Positions 28,082 to 38,439 are shown, numbered from the stretch's first letter. The stretch is DNA of 64,000 nt from Thermodesulfobacteriota bacterium (GCA_039715015.1 JBDLIE010000001.1:78719-142718), one strand, 5' to 3'. The notes: generated by a model not told the origin, from the sequence alone. Made by a program: numbers and translations.

Positions 28082-29609
28082 ACAAGTTGATCTGTCGCAG
28101 GTGAATTGGGCTCGTGCTCAGTTTGCCTTGACGGCGATGTATCATTGGATATTTGTACCGCTTACCTTGGGTCTTTCTTTCCTGGTGGCCTTTTTTGAGT
28201 CTATCTATGTCAAAACAGGCAACGAGGAGTGGAAGAGGCTTACCAAATTCTGGATGACCCTTTTTGGTATCAATTTTGCCATTGGTGTGGCCACCGGTAT
28301 TATTCTGGAGTTTGAGTTCGGCACCAACTGGTCCAACTACTCCTGGATGGTGGGCGATATTTTTGGCGCGCCCTTGGCAATTGAGGGTATTTTTGCCTTC
28401 TTTCTTGAGGTCACCTTTTTTGCCGTGATGTTTTTCGGCTGGGACAGGGTGTCCAAAAAATTTCACCTTTTTTCCACCTGGATGGTGGCCGCTGGCTCCA
28501 ACCTTTCCGCTGTCTGGATTCTGGTGGCAAACGGCTGGATGCAATTCCCCATCGGTATGGACTTTAATCCTGAAACGGCACGTTTTGAGATGGAGAACTT
28601 TTGGGAGGTGATCTTGTCGCCAGTGGCCGTCTCCAAATTTACCCATGCCACAAGCTCTGCTTTTTTGCTTGCCTCCCTCTTTGTCCTAGGGATTTCCTCC
28701 TGGTATCTCCTGAAGGGACGCCATCAGCTCATGGCTAAACGCTCCATCGCTGTTGCGGCGGTGTTCGGCTTTTTGTCAGCCAGCTATTGCGGCATCACGG
28801 GTGATGAGGCAGCCTATTCAGTGTCCCAGAGGCAGCCCATGAAGCTGGCTGCCATGGAAGGTCTTTATGAAGGGGAGACCAATGCCGGTGCTGTTGTTCT
28901 TGGCGTCATTAATTCCGCCAAGCAGCCCGGTGATGAACAGAAGGATTTTATCTTTGCAGTCAAGGTTCCCGTGGTGCTTTCTCTCCTTGCCAACCGTGAG
29001 TTTGGCTCCTTTGTTCCAGGTATTAATGATCTTGTCTTTGGTAATAAAGAGCAGAATATTACCAGCGTTGGCACCAGAATGGAGCGTGGCCGCCAGGCCA
29101 TCGAGTACCTGGCCGCCTTTAAGGAGGCCAATGATAACAATAATGAGGCAGCTTCGAAGGTGGCACTCCAGCAGTTTAACATATATAAAGACGATATGGG
29201 CTATGGCCACCTGGCAAAGCCTTCGGATGCCACACCGCCTGTGGCCACCACCTTTTACGCCTTTCATATCATGGTCGCCCTTGGCACCCTGTTTCCCCTT
29301 GTATTTTTGGCGGCCCTTTATTTTCTGTATAAGGGTAACCTGGAGAAACAGCGTTTGTTTCAGCTCCTGGCTGTCCTTTGTGTGCCGCTGGGCTATATCG
29401 CCCAACAGGCGGGCTGGGTCGTTGCAGAGGTGGGAAGGCAGCCTTGGGCCATTCAGGGTCTTCTGCCTGTCCATGTTGCCAATACCAACCTGACAACCGG
29501 AACTGTTCAGACGACCTTTTTTATTTTCCTTGGTCTCTTTACCATGCTTCTTATTGCGGAAATAAAGATTATGATCACGCAGATTCAGCTCGGACCGGAG
29601 GAGAAATAA
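28074..29609 (+). CDS. cydA: Cytochrome bd ubiquinol oxidase subunit I
   Basis: RAQFALTAMYHWIF, EFEFGTNWS, KLAAMEG, FHIMV, AEVGRQPW. Confidence 0.96.
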   Translation: MIEQVDLSQVNWARAQFALTAMYHWIFVPLTLGLSFLVAFFESIYVKTGNEEWKRLTKFWMTLFGINFAIGVATGIILEFEFGTNWSNYSWMVGDIFGAPLAIEGIFAFFLEVTFFAVMFFGWDRVSKKFHLFSTWMVAAGSNLSAVWILVANGWMQFPIGMDFNPETARFEMENFWEVILSPVAVSKFTHATSSAFLLASLFVLGISSWYLLKGRHQLMAKRSIAVAAVFGFLSASYCGITGDEAAYSVSQRQPMKLAAMEGLYEGETNAGAVVLGVINSAKQPGDEQKDFIFAVKVPVVLSLLANREFGSFVPGINDLVFGNKEQNITSVGTRMERGRQAIEYLAAFKEANDNNNEAASKVALQQFNIYKDDMGYGHLAKPSDATPPVATTFYAFHIMVALGTLFPLVFLAALYFLYKGNLEKQRLFQLLAVLCVPLGYIAQQAGWVVAEVGRQPWAIQGLLPVHVANTNLTTGTVQTTFFIFLGLFTMLLIAEIKIMITQIQLGPEEK

Positions 29610-29610
29610 G

Positions 29611-30750
29611 ATGATTGGAAATTTAGACTACTCAACCCTGCAGCAACTCTGGTGGCTCATCACCTCTGTTGTCGGTTCTCTCTTTGTCTTTCTTCTCTTT
29701 GTTCAGGGCGGCCAGAGCATGATTTTTACCCTGGTCCATAACGATGAAGAAAAGGCCTTGATGGTTAACTCCCTGGGCCGCAAGTGGAAGATGACCTTCA
29801 CGACCTTGGTACTTTTTGGCGGCGCCCTCTTTGCCGCCTTTCCGAAATTCTATGCCACAAGCTTTGGTGGCGCCTATTGGGTATGGATGGCTATCCTTTT
29901 TACCTTTATTGTCCAGGCCGTGGCCTATGACTACCGTAAAAAACCCGGTAATTTTTTAGGCTCCTGGGCTTATGAATTCTTCCTCTTTGTCAATGGCACG
30001 GTGGGGGTGCTCCTCATTGGTGCAGCGGTGGGAACTTTTTTTACCGGTTCCGCCTTTGCCCTCAATGAGTATAACCAGGTGACTTGGCAGACCTCGACCC
30101 GCGGCCTTGAGGCAGCTACCAATCTGTTTAACCTGGCCTTTGGTTTTTTTCTGATCTTTCTGGCTCGCACCTTGGGTGGCATGTACCTCTTGAACAATAT
30201 TGTCCATGACGCCTTAAACGCACGCTGCCGCCGCTCTGTGCTGATCAATTTTTTGTGGACGCTTCCCTTCCTCTTTTTTGTGCTGATCAGTCTGGTCACT
30301 ATGGATGGTTATGCAGTAAACCCCGAGACCATGGAAGTTTTCGTGGAAAAGGGTAAGTATCTGCATAACCTGCTTGCCATGCCTTTATTGCTTGTATTTC
30401 TTGTGGCCGGTCTTGGACTGGTGATTTACGGTGTTTTTGTAACCTCTTTTAAGGAGTGCAATTGCGGTATTTGGTTTGCCGGTTTGGGAACGGTACTCAC
30501 CGCCCTGGTGATCTTTTTAATAGCCGCATATAACAATACGTCGTTTTATCCCTCTTCCGCGGACCTGCAGTCAAGCTTGACCATCTATAACGCCTCTAGC
30601 AGCAAGTATACCCTGACGGCAATGACCTATGTTGCTCTGGGTATTCCGCTTGTCCTGGCCTATGTGGCCTACGTTTGGCGGCTTATGGATAGTAAGAAGC
30701 TGACCTCTGAAGAGTTGACCGAGGGCGAAAACGCCCATGACATGTATTAA
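29611..30750 (+). CDS. cydB: Cytochrome bd ubiquinol oxidase subunit II
   Basis: VQGGQ, FGGALFAAFPKFY, SLTIYNASSS.YTL. Confidence 0.95.
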   Translation: MIGNLDYSTLQQLWWLITSVVGSLFVFLLFVQGGQSMIFTLVHNDEEKALMVNSLGRKWKMTFTTLVLFGGALFAAFPKFYATSFGGAYWVWMAILFTFIVQAVAYDYRKKPGNFLGSWAYEFFLFVNGTVGVLLIGAAVGTFFTGSAFALNEYNQVTWQTSTRGLEAATNLFNLAFGFFLIFLARTLGGMYLLNNIVHDALNARCRRSVLINFLWTLPFLFFVLISLVTMDGYAVNPETMEVFVEKGKYLHNLLAMPLLLVFLVAGLGLVIYGVFVTSFKECNCGIWFAGLGTVLTALVIFLIAAYNNTSFYPSSADLQSSLTIYNASSSKYTLTAMTYVALGIPLVLAYVAYVWRLMDSKKLTSEELTEGENAHDMY

Positions 30751-30762
30751 GGAGATGCGATT

Positions 30763-30861
30763 ATGATGATGAATACAATTCTTTTAATTAGTTGGGTGGC
30801 CCTGCTGGTTGTTTCCCTGCAAGGCTCGAAAGCTGCACTGAAGAAGTTTGATTTGCTGTAA
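30763..30861 (+). CDS. Putative small single-TM cytochrome bd accessory subunit, absent from the ORF track
   Basis: AAGGAG RBS overlapping the cydB stop; MMMNTILLISWVALLVVSLQGSKAALKKFDLL* lies before the terminator. Confidence 0.65.
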   Translation: MMMNTILLISWVALLVVSLQGSKAALKKFDLL

Positions 30862-30885
30862 GTTGTTCTTTTGCTGTGCTTTGCC

Positions 30886-30921
30886 AAGCCCCTGCCGGTT
30901 TCCCGGCAGGGGCTTTTTCTT
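30886..30921 (+). terminator. cyd operon terminator
   Basis: AAGCCCCTGCCGG/CCGGCAGGGGCTT stem plus T run. Confidence 0.88.
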
Positions 30922-31190
30922 TGCGGTGGGGATGGGGCCGGATATGGCCCGGGAAAAAGAACGTAGATAGAGGCGGGCAGTCATGCCATGTCGTGAAAAC
31001 AGGCTGAAATTTTTCTAGACACTTGCGCTCTGATATGTTCTATATGCCTCTTTGGAGCTACCGTCAGCGGGAAGGCAGACCAAATTTTCGTCAACAGCTT
31101 GTTTGTTTTTGCTGTTATCTGCCTGATGTCCCCGCTTTTTTTAATAGTTGCCAGTTTGCTTTCTGGCCCATGTACCATGAGGAAATAACA

Positions 31191-31334
31191 ATGAGTAAGC
31201 GTACTTTTCAACCATCTAATTTGAAGCGGGCCCGTACCCATGGATTTCGTCTGAGAATGAGAACCAAGGCTGGCCGTGCCATCATTAACGCCCGTCGTGC
31301 CAAAGGACGTAAGCGTCTTTCCGCTTCCCACTAA
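31191..31334 (+). CDS. rpmH: 50S ribosomal protein L34
   Basis: [23 protein letters not shown]...RRAKGRKRL. Confidence 0.97.
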   Translation: MSKRTFQPSNLKRARTHGFRLRMRTKAGRAIINARRAKGRKRLSASH

Positions 31335-31385
31335 GGACCATTCTTGAGGGGTGGCCAGTTGCAAGGTTGACCCTGGTATGCCGCC

Positions 31386-31745
31386 ATGGGCTTTACGCTG
31401 CCGAAAACTGCCCTCCTCAGAAAGCCTGAACAGTACAGTGTCGTATATCGACAGGGAAAAAGGTTGCGGGGAGCTCATTTTAGCCTGATTTTTATAGAAA
31501 ATGATAAGGGCTTTAACCGGCTTGGTATAAGTGTCCATGGTGTGAAAAAGGCGGTTCTTCGAAACCGTATGAAGCGAATTATCCGGGAATTCTTTCGACT
31601 TAACCGAGATTTCTTGCCACCCTCCAAGGACATAGTCTTTGCCGTTCGCAAAGAGTGCACATTCAAAAATCCCCACGAGGTCGCCACAGCCGTTAGTAAT
31701 GTGGTGAACACCTCTTCTCACAATGACAAACGGAGAAAGCGGTGA
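31386..31745 (+). CDS. rnpA: Ribonuclease P protein component
   Basis: [19 protein letters not shown]. Confidence 0.95.
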   Translation: MGFTLPKTALLRKPEQYSVVYRQGKRLRGAHFSLIFIENDKGFNRLGISVHGVKKAVLRNRMKRIIREFFRLNRDFLPPSKDIVFAVRKECTFKNPHEVATAVSNVVNTSSHNDKRRKR

Positions 31746-31951
31746 AGAAAATCTTCCTGGGGATAATCCGGTTTTATCAAGCAGTCATTTCTCCTCTTTT
31801 TCCGCCCACCTGTCGTTTTATCCCAAGCTGTTCTCAGTATGCTGTTCAGGCCATTGAACAGTACGGCGCATTCCGGGGCCTTTTTTTGGCCCTTCGCCGT
31901 ATTCTGCGCTGCCACCCGTTTTGTAAAGGTGGCTATGACCCTGTTAACTAA
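31742..31951 (+). CDS. yidD: Membrane protein insertion efficiency factor
   Basis: [31 protein letters not shown]. Confidence 0.95.
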   Translation: MKKIFLGIIRFYQAVISPLFPPTCRFIPSCSQYAVQAIEQYGAFRGLFLALRRILRCHPFCKGGYDPVN

Positions 31952-31998
31952 CGGGTTGACATTTTCGAGCACCGCAAAGGGTGCAAAGGACCTGTGTC

Positions 31999-33657
31999 AT
32001 GGACAATCAAAGAGTATTGTTGGCAATTGTTTTATCCCTCGCCATCCTCCTCGGTTATAATTATTTCTTTATTCCGCGCCCTGTGCCGCCAACCGGCCTG
32101 CAGGAAGCAGGAACCGAAACCGTACAAGTCCCGGCCAGCTCCGTTGCTGTCGAAACGACAAGCACCTTAAGCCAGGCCCCGCTCACAGCCCCCCCTGCTG
32201 TCGTAACCCCCAGCCGTGAAGGCCGGGATATCCTGGTGGAGACCAGCCTTTACCAGGCCGTGATCTCAGAAAACGGTGGTGGTGTAAAGAGTTTCAAGCT
32301 GAAAAATTACAACGAGCAGCTTGATCCTGCCAGCGGCCTCAAGGAACTCAATAAGCAGGAGAAGTTCAACGAATTACCCCTCTATTTTTCCTGGGGTAAT
32401 GAGCCTGCCTCATCTCCGGTGCCGGTCTATGAAGCTGATAAAACCCAACTTGTCCTTGGTGACGGCGAGAGCGCAACACTGACCATGCGTACCACGCTGC
32501 CTTCCGGGTTGGTCATGGCTCGGGCCATGACCTTTCGCAATGACTCCTATGAAATCGGCCTTGATATCTCTGTTTTAAATAGCTCCCCGCAACACCAGGT
32601 TCAGGGGGCCGGCTATCTGCGCCTCGTTAATGAGCCCTTTGGCAAAAATGATAACGAACGTTTTGTTTTTACTGGCCCGGCTCTTTTCCAAAATGATGCC
32701 CTTGAAGAAATTAAGGTGGATGACCTGGAAGACGGTCCTCAGGAACGCAGCGGTAACCTTGAGTGGGTTGCCTATGAAGGCATCTATTTTATGACGGCAG
32801 TTATTCCGGTTGGTGGGAGCCACACTGTCCGTTTTAAGCGCCTTGCTGACCGTAAGGTCTCCACAACCCTTAATGCCGGGGTAGTGGCCATTACGCCTGG
32901 TGCTGATAAAACATATAGCTACAAGGTCTTTTTTGGTCCCAAGAAGCTAAAAATACTCAAGGAAGATATCGGCCATAATCTCAATAAGGCGGTTAACTTC
33001 GGCTGGTTTGATGTTCTGGCCAAGCCCATGCTCTTTCTGCTCAATTTTCTCGATGGCTATGTTCATAACTACGGCATCGGCATTATTCTCGTGACCGTGA
33101 TTATCAAGCTTCTCTTCTGGCCCATCTCCTTTAAGGGCATGAAGTCCATGAAGACCATGCAGAAGCTGCAGCCCAAAATGACCCAGATTCGTGAGAAGTA
33201 CGGCGATGACCGGGACCGGGTCAACAGGGAGATGATGCAGCTCTACAAGACCTACAAGGTCAGTCCCCTGGGTGGCTGTATGCCCATGCTTCTGCAGATT
33301 CCGGTCTTTTTTGCCCTCTATCGGCTGTTGATGCAGACCATTGAGCTTCGGCATGCCCCATTTTTCGGTTGGATAACCGATCTTTCGGCACCTGATCGGC
33401 TTCCCATCGGCATTGATATTCCCTATCTCGGTGGAATTCCGGTGCTGACCCTGTTCATGGGGGCCTCCATGTTCCTCCAACAAAAAATGACCCCAGCCCA
33501 GGGTGATCCGGCCATGGCCCGGATGATGATGTTTCTGCCGGTGATTTTCACCTTCATGTTTATCAATTTTGCCTCTGGCCTGGTTCTCTACTGGTTTGTT
33601 AACAACTTACTGTCCATTGCCCAGCAGTACGCAATCAATAAGGCCCCTGATATTTAA
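31999..33657 (+). CDS. yidC: Membrane protein insertase
   Basis: NYGIGII, GGCMPMLLQIPVFFALY, WITDLSAPD, GLVLYW. Confidence 0.97.
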   Translation: MDNQRVLLAIVLSLAILLGYNYFFIPRPVPPTGLQEAGTETVQVPASSVAVETTSTLSQAPLTAPPAVVTPSREGRDILVETSLYQAVISENGGGVKSFKLKNYNEQLDPASGLKELNKQEKFNELPLYFSWGNEPASSPVPVYEADKTQLVLGDGESATLTMRTTLPSGLVMARAMTFRNDSYEIGLDISVLNSSPQHQVQGAGYLRLVNEPFGKNDNERFVFTGPALFQNDALEEIKVDDLEDGPQERSGNLEWVAYEGIYFMTAVIPVGGSHTVRFKRLADRKVSTTLNAGVVAITPGADKTYSYKVFFGPKKLKILKEDIGHNLNKAVNFGWFDVLAKPMLFLLNFLDGYVHNYGIGIILVTVIIKLLFWPISFKGMKSMKTMQKLQPKMTQIREKYGDDRDRVNREMMQLYKTYKVSPLGGCMPMLLQIPVFFALYRLLMQTIELRHAPFFGWITDLSAPDRLPIGIDIPYLGGIPVLTLFMGASMFLQQKMTPAQGDPAMARMMMFLPVIFTFMFINFASGLVLYWFVNNLLSIAQQYAINKAPDI

Positions 33658-33724
33658 GGAAAGGCTGGTAGGGTACTGTTGATTGGATTAGGTTTTAATG
33701 ATCCTGTGATATCAAGGAGATAAA

Positions 33725-34588
33725 ATGGCAGTAAAGCTGGAATTTAAAGGCAGAGATGTTGATGAGGCGGTGAAAGCGGCCTGTAAGAAGTTTGGCGTTG
33801 ACCGTGACGTCTTAAATATTGATATTGTTTCCACCGGTTCCACGGGGATTTTTGGCCTTATGCGCCAGCATGCCGTAGTGCGGGCCTGCTTGAAGAAGGA
33901 AGAGTCCGCTGGCAATAACAAAGAAACAAAAAAACCTGCGGAAAAAAAGAAACATTCTAAACCAAAGGCCAAAGCAGCTGCCAGGGCCCCCCAGGAAAAA
34001 TCCGGCCAGGATGAAGAGGAGAAGCCTGAAGAAGAAAAGCGTAAACCTCGCCGCCAAAAGGTTGAACCCTCTCCTGTGCCCCCAGAGTACCATGAGCAGC
34101 TTATCTCAGAGCTTAACACCTTACTTTCCTTGATGGGCATGGAATCTGATATTGTCATTGGCGAAGAAAACGGCAAGACCAAGCTGGAGATCACCGGGGA
34201 TCATGTTGAGGCCCTGCAGGAACGTGACGGCCAGGCCCTGGACGGTCTCCAGTACCTGCTGCGCAAAATGACCAGTGATAAACTGCCTGAGCGTGCCATG
34301 TTTGTCGTTGATGCAGGAGATTTTCGGGCAAACAGGCGCAAAGAGCTACAGGAACTGGCGGTCCGTTTGGCTGACGAGGTGAAGGAGAAGAGCGTCACCC
34401 GCACCATTCCTCCCTTAAATCCTTCGGAACGGCGCATCGTTCATATGATGCTTCAGGATGACACAACGATCCGTAGCCGCAGTGTGGGAAGTGGTCTATT
34501 TAAAAAGATTCTCATCTACAAGCCGGGTACCCAGCGCCGCCGGACTGGACGCAAACGGGGAAATCGTTCCCGCACCCCTCGTAAATAG
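33725..34588 (+). CDS. jag: Jag/EloR (KhpB) RNA-binding protein
   Basis: Jag_N domain, KH-like segment, R3H motif ERRIVH; canonical position after yidC. Confidence 0.9.
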   Translation: MAVKLEFKGRDVDEAVKAACKKFGVDRDVLNIDIVSTGSTGIFGLMRQHAVVRACLKKEESAGNNKETKKPAEKKKHSKPKAKAAARAPQEKSGQDEEEKPEEEKRKPRRQKVEPSPVPPEYHEQLISELNTLLSLMGMESDIVIGEENGKTKLEITGDHVEALQERDGQALDGLQYLLRKMTSDKLPERAMFVVDAGDFRANRRKELQELAVRLADEVKEKSVTRTIPPLNPSERRIVHMMLQDDTTIRSRSVGSGLFKKILIYKPGTQRRRTGRKRGNRSRTPRK

Positions 34589-34611
34589 ACAAGCTGGGAT
34601 TGACAATGTTT

Positions 34612-34652
34612 AAAGGGCTTAAAAACGCATCTGCCGTTTTTAAGCCCTTTTT
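34612..34652 (+). terminator. Rho-independent terminator
   Basis: AAAGGGCTTAAAAACG/CGTTTTTAAGCCCTTT stem plus T run. Confidence 0.85.
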
Positions 34653-34798
34653 GTTTGGGGCCGGGTTGCTGTCGACAAAGAAAAGTTTTTAGATAATCTT
34701 CGTGCCCTTGTCATTCTTGCTAGGTAAGATAAGAAAATATCTTTGAGCCAGTTTAGGTAATGCTCATCAGAGAGTGCCACTAATTTTCCTCACTTCTT

Positions 34799-36187
34799 AT
34801 GATCGACCCGCCCCAGGAACCCACCATCGCTGCCATTGCCACACCGCCAGGTCCGGGCGGCATCGGGGTGATCCGCATAAGCGGTAGTCAGGCCCGTCCC
34901 CTGCTGTCCTCCATATTCCATCCCAAAAACAAGAAGAAGCTGCGCAGCCATCAGCTCACCTATGGCCTTATTAAGGACCCAGGTACAGATGCCATGCTTG
35001 ATGAGGTCCTTGCCGTTTATATGCAAGGACCCAAGACCTATACCCGGGAAGATGTGGTGGAGATCCACTGCCATGGCAGCTATTTGATTCTCGAAAGTGT
35101 TCTGGCCCTGTTGTTAAAAGAAGGAGCGCAGCTTGCCGCCCCGGGAGAATTCACCAAGCGGGCCTTTTTGAATGGCCGTATTGATCTGACCCGGGCTGAG
35201 GCGGTTATGGAGCTTCTTGAGGCCAATACCATGGCCCGGGTGGATATGGCCCGTAACCAACTGGGCGGCGGCCTCCATGAAACCATTCTCGCTATCCGCC
35301 ATCAACTCATGACCTGCCGGGGCATCATCGAGGTGGCCATTGATTTCCCTGATGAGGATGTGGAGATCATAGACCCTCAGGTCATGGGCAAACAGATCAG
35401 CCAGGATGTTCTTGCGCCGCTGGCAGCTTTGATCACTGCTGCTGATAAGGGCCGCCTCTACCGTGACGGTATTTCAGTGGTTATTCTTGGCCGTCCCAAT
35501 GTTGGCAAGTCAAGTCTTCTGAACAGCCTGCTCCGGGAAGAGCGGGCCATTGTCACCTCAGTACCGGGTACCACCCGCGATACCATTGAGGAGATGTTGA
35601 CTATCCGCGGTGTTCCTGTTCACATTGTCGACACGGCAGGGATCAGGGATCATGCCGGAGCTGTGGAAGAAATCGGCATTGAGCGGGCCCGCGCCAAGCT
35701 TGAGGAGGCAGACCTTGTTCTTTTCCTTCTTGACGCCACCAGCGGCATTACCCCTGAGGATGAGGATTTACGCAGGGCATTGCCGGCAAAACCGGTGTTG
35801 TATGTGGTTAATAAAATTGATATTGTAAGTGACTATAAGCAGTCGGATTTTCGGGAAAAGCTTAGCGGCTCGCCGCTGGTCTCCATCTCTGCCAAAGAGG
35901 GGCGTGCTATTGATACCCTGGAGCAGGCAGTTTATGATCTTGTCACCGGCGGGGAGGATTGGGATCCTGGTCACGATGTTGTGCCAAATGTCCGTCACAG
36001 GGCAGCCCTTGAAAAGGCAAGGGAGGCAGCAGCCCGTGTCCTTGAAGGGATTAAGGTGGCGCTTCCCCCTGATCTGGTTGCCGTTGAGTTGCAGGCCACC
36101 CTGGATCATCTTGGTGATATTATTGGGGAAACAACCACGGAAGATGTCCTTGATATGATTTTTCAACAATTTTGTCTCGGGAAGTAA
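34799..36187 (+). CDS. mnmE: tRNA modification GTPase
   Basis: GEFTKRAFLNGRIDL, GRPNVGKSS, PGTTRD, DTAG, NKID, C-terminal FCLGK. Confidence 0.97.
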   Translation: MIDPPQEPTIAAIATPPGPGGIGVIRISGSQARPLLSSIFHPKNKKKLRSHQLTYGLIKDPGTDAMLDEVLAVYMQGPKTYTREDVVEIHCHGSYLILESVLALLLKEGAQLAAPGEFTKRAFLNGRIDLTRAEAVMELLEANTMARVDMARNQLGGGLHETILAIRHQLMTCRGIIEVAIDFPDEDVEIIDPQVMGKQISQDVLAPLAALITAADKGRLYRDGISVVILGRPNVGKSSLLNSLLREERAIVTSVPGTTRDTIEEMLTIRGVPVHIVDTAGIRDHAGAVEEIGIERARAKLEEADLVLFLLDATSGITPEDEDLRRALPAKPVLYVVNKIDIVSDYKQSDFREKLSGSPLVSISAKEGRAIDTLEQAVYDLVTGGEDWDPGHDVVPNVRHRAALEKAREAAARVLEGIKVALPPDLVAVELQATLDHLGDIIGETTTEDVLDMIFQQFCLGK

Positions 36188-36188
36188 T

Positions 36189-37712
36189 ATGGCAACGGTC
36201 AAGAAAGCCAGTAAGAAAAAACAACCGGATCAGCGCCTTGTTTTTTTGAAAAAAATAGCTTTCTTTGCCACCTTCGATGATCATGAGCTTAAACAACTTC
36301 TTGCCTTAAGCCGCTGGCTGAAAGTTCCTCCCCATACCCTTATTATCAAAGAAGGTACCACAGACAGGGTGCTCTATATTCTTGTCCACGGTGAGGTCTC
36401 TGTCTTTAAGACGGTGAACAACGCTGAAGTTGAACTCAGCACCTTAAGCACAGGCGCAACTTTTGGCGAGATGGCGATGATCGCGGAGACCAAGAGAACT
36501 GCCGGAGTGCGAACTCTCTCTGATTCGTATGTCCTCATGGTTGAACCTGAGATTCTTAACCATGCCAATGTCTTTTTGCAGCTCAAGTTTTATAAGCGAT
36601 TTTGTGAGATTCTTGTCCAGCGCCTGATGGATGCCAATAAAAAGGTCGCTGGTGCTGGAAAAAGAGTTTCCGCTCATCTTGACAATGAAAAGAAAAAAGC
36701 AAAGCCCGTCCAAGAAGTGAAGAAGAGGGCTCCGGCAGTCAAGCCGCCGCAAAAGGAAGAGATCTCCTGGAAGCTTGTTGTCGATAGTGCCAAACTGCCT
36801 CCCCTTCCTGAACCGAAGTCTGTGGCAAGGTCCCGAATGCAAAGACGGGTACATGCCAACCTCAAACTTGCCATGAATCCAGCCGTTGCCACATTAATCG
36901 AGGTATTTTTGGCAGGAGATTCAGAAGATACTCGGCGTTTTGCTGAGCTGATCTGCTTAGATCCCTTTATGGCTGTCAAGGTGGTGCAGGTAGCCAACTC
37001 CTCTTATTATCGCCGTTCAACAGCAGTAAGCTCGGTGGCCCATGCCCTGGTCACGGTGGGGGTCAAAAATATTCAGAAGGTGGTGGAAGAAGAGGCACAC
37101 AAGGTGCTTGATCAGCCACGTTTCTTTGCGGGCTTTAAGAATCTGGGCCGTTCTTTTTGGCGTCACTCGGTGGTTGTGGGCCGTATTGCCGAGTTGTTGG
37201 CCGAGGTTATCCGGGTCCAGACCTATGAGGATATATATCTGGCCGGGTTATTTCATGATATTGGTATTTTGGCATTGGATATTCAGGAGCCTGATTTTTA
37301 TCCTCAGCTCCAACGACTCGGGTTTCTAGACGGAATTACCCTCTGCGAGGCGGAACAGCAATTTATCGGCGCCGATCATTGCCAGGCAGGTTATTATCTC
37401 GGCGAAAAAATGGGTCTACCCAAGGCCTTTCTTGATGCGGCCAAGTTTCATCATAAACCAGAGCAAGCTAAAGAGAACTTGCTCATTGTTGCCATGGTTT
37501 CCCTGGCCGAGCTTTTTGCCGTCAAGCGCGGGATTATTATCGGCTGCCAGGAAAATGCGCATCAGGTCCATCTTGCCGATTCCTTTGCCTGGATTTTGAT
37601 CAGAGAGGAGCAAAAAACTTTCATGGATGTTGATGTGGAGGGTTTTGTTCAGGAATTCGATCAGGAGCTGGACCGTTCTTGGTTAAATATCACCGGAGAT
37701 ATCCCCCTTTGA
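36189..37712 (+). CDS. cNMP-binding plus HDOD domain protein
   Basis: FGEMA...RTA phosphate-binding cassette; ANSSYY, AGLFHDIG, KFHH. Confidence 0.88.
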   Translation: MATVKKASKKKQPDQRLVFLKKIAFFATFDDHELKQLLALSRWLKVPPHTLIIKEGTTDRVLYILVHGEVSVFKTVNNAEVELSTLSTGATFGEMAMIAETKRTAGVRTLSDSYVLMVEPEILNHANVFLQLKFYKRFCEILVQRLMDANKKVAGAGKRVSAHLDNEKKKAKPVQEVKKRAPAVKPPQKEEISWKLVVDSAKLPPLPEPKSVARSRMQRRVHANLKLAMNPAVATLIEVFLAGDSEDTRRFAELICLDPFMAVKVVQVANSSYYRRSTAVSSVAHALVTVGVKNIQKVVEEEAHKVLDQPRFFAGFKNLGRSFWRHSVVVGRIAELLAEVIRVQTYEDIYLAGLFHDIGILALDIQEPDFYPQLQRLGFLDGITLCEAEQQFIGADHCQAGYYLGEKMGLPKAFLDAAKFHHKPEQAKENLLIVAMVSLAELFAVKRGIIIGCQENAHQVHLADSFAWILIREEQKTFMDVDVEGFVQEFDQELDRSWLNITGDIPL

Positions 37713-37802
37713 TCGTGTAGTGTTGCTATATTCAACACGGAAACGTGTTATGCGTTGCGGCTTTAATCCTTCTTAAAATATTTCAAAAGTCATCATTAAG
37801 AA

Positions 37803-38330
37803 ATGTCTGATAAAAAATGTATCCTTTCCCGGGAAAAATTAGCCCGGCGTGTCGCAGAGCTCGGCCAGGAGATCAGTGAGCGCTATCAAGGGCGCTCCCT
37901 TGTGCTTGTCGGGGTCTTAAATGGAGCTTTTATTTTTATGGCAGATCTGGCCCGCTCACTGACCATTGATGTGGAGCTCGATTTTATCCGAGTGGCCAGT
38001 TATGGCATGTCGTCCACCTCCTCCGGCACCATTTCACTCAGTAAAGATGTGGAACTTGATCTCACAGGTAAGGATGTTCTGCTGGTTGAAGATATTATTG
38101 ATACAGGAAGAACCTTGGCCTGGCTTAAAGAGTTTTTTCGTACTAAAGGAGCTGCTTCGGTTTGCGTCTGTACCCTTATTGACAAGAAGGAGCGACGTCA
38201 GAACCAGGTTGAGGTGGACTATCTTGGTTTTATCGTTGAGGAGGGTTTTTTGGTGGGTTACGGTCTGGATTGCGCCGAACAGTTCCGAAACCTTCCTGCG
38301 GTGTATCACCTGGAGACCCCCCCACTCTGA
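37803..38330 (+). CDS. hpt: Hypoxanthine phosphoribosyltransferase
   Basis: VLNGAFIFMADL, VLLVEDIIDTGRT, FLVGYGLD. Confidence 0.95.
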   Translation: MSDKKCILSREKLARRVAELGQEISERYQGRSLVLVGVLNGAFIFMADLARSLTIDVELDFIRVASYGMSSTSSGTISLSKDVELDLTGKDVLLVEDIIDTGRTLAWLKEFFRTKGAASVCVCTLIDKKERRQNQVEVDYLGFIVEEGFLVGYGLDCAEQFRNLPAVYHLETPPL

Positions 38331-38439
38331 CATGGGGCTTCTCCATGGTAATTCCTTGACTTTGGACAAATCTGTCGTAATCAGGCTGGGAGGGTTCTGC
38401 ATTAAAAAGATGTTTTTCTAGGGAAAGCAAGAGGAGCAA

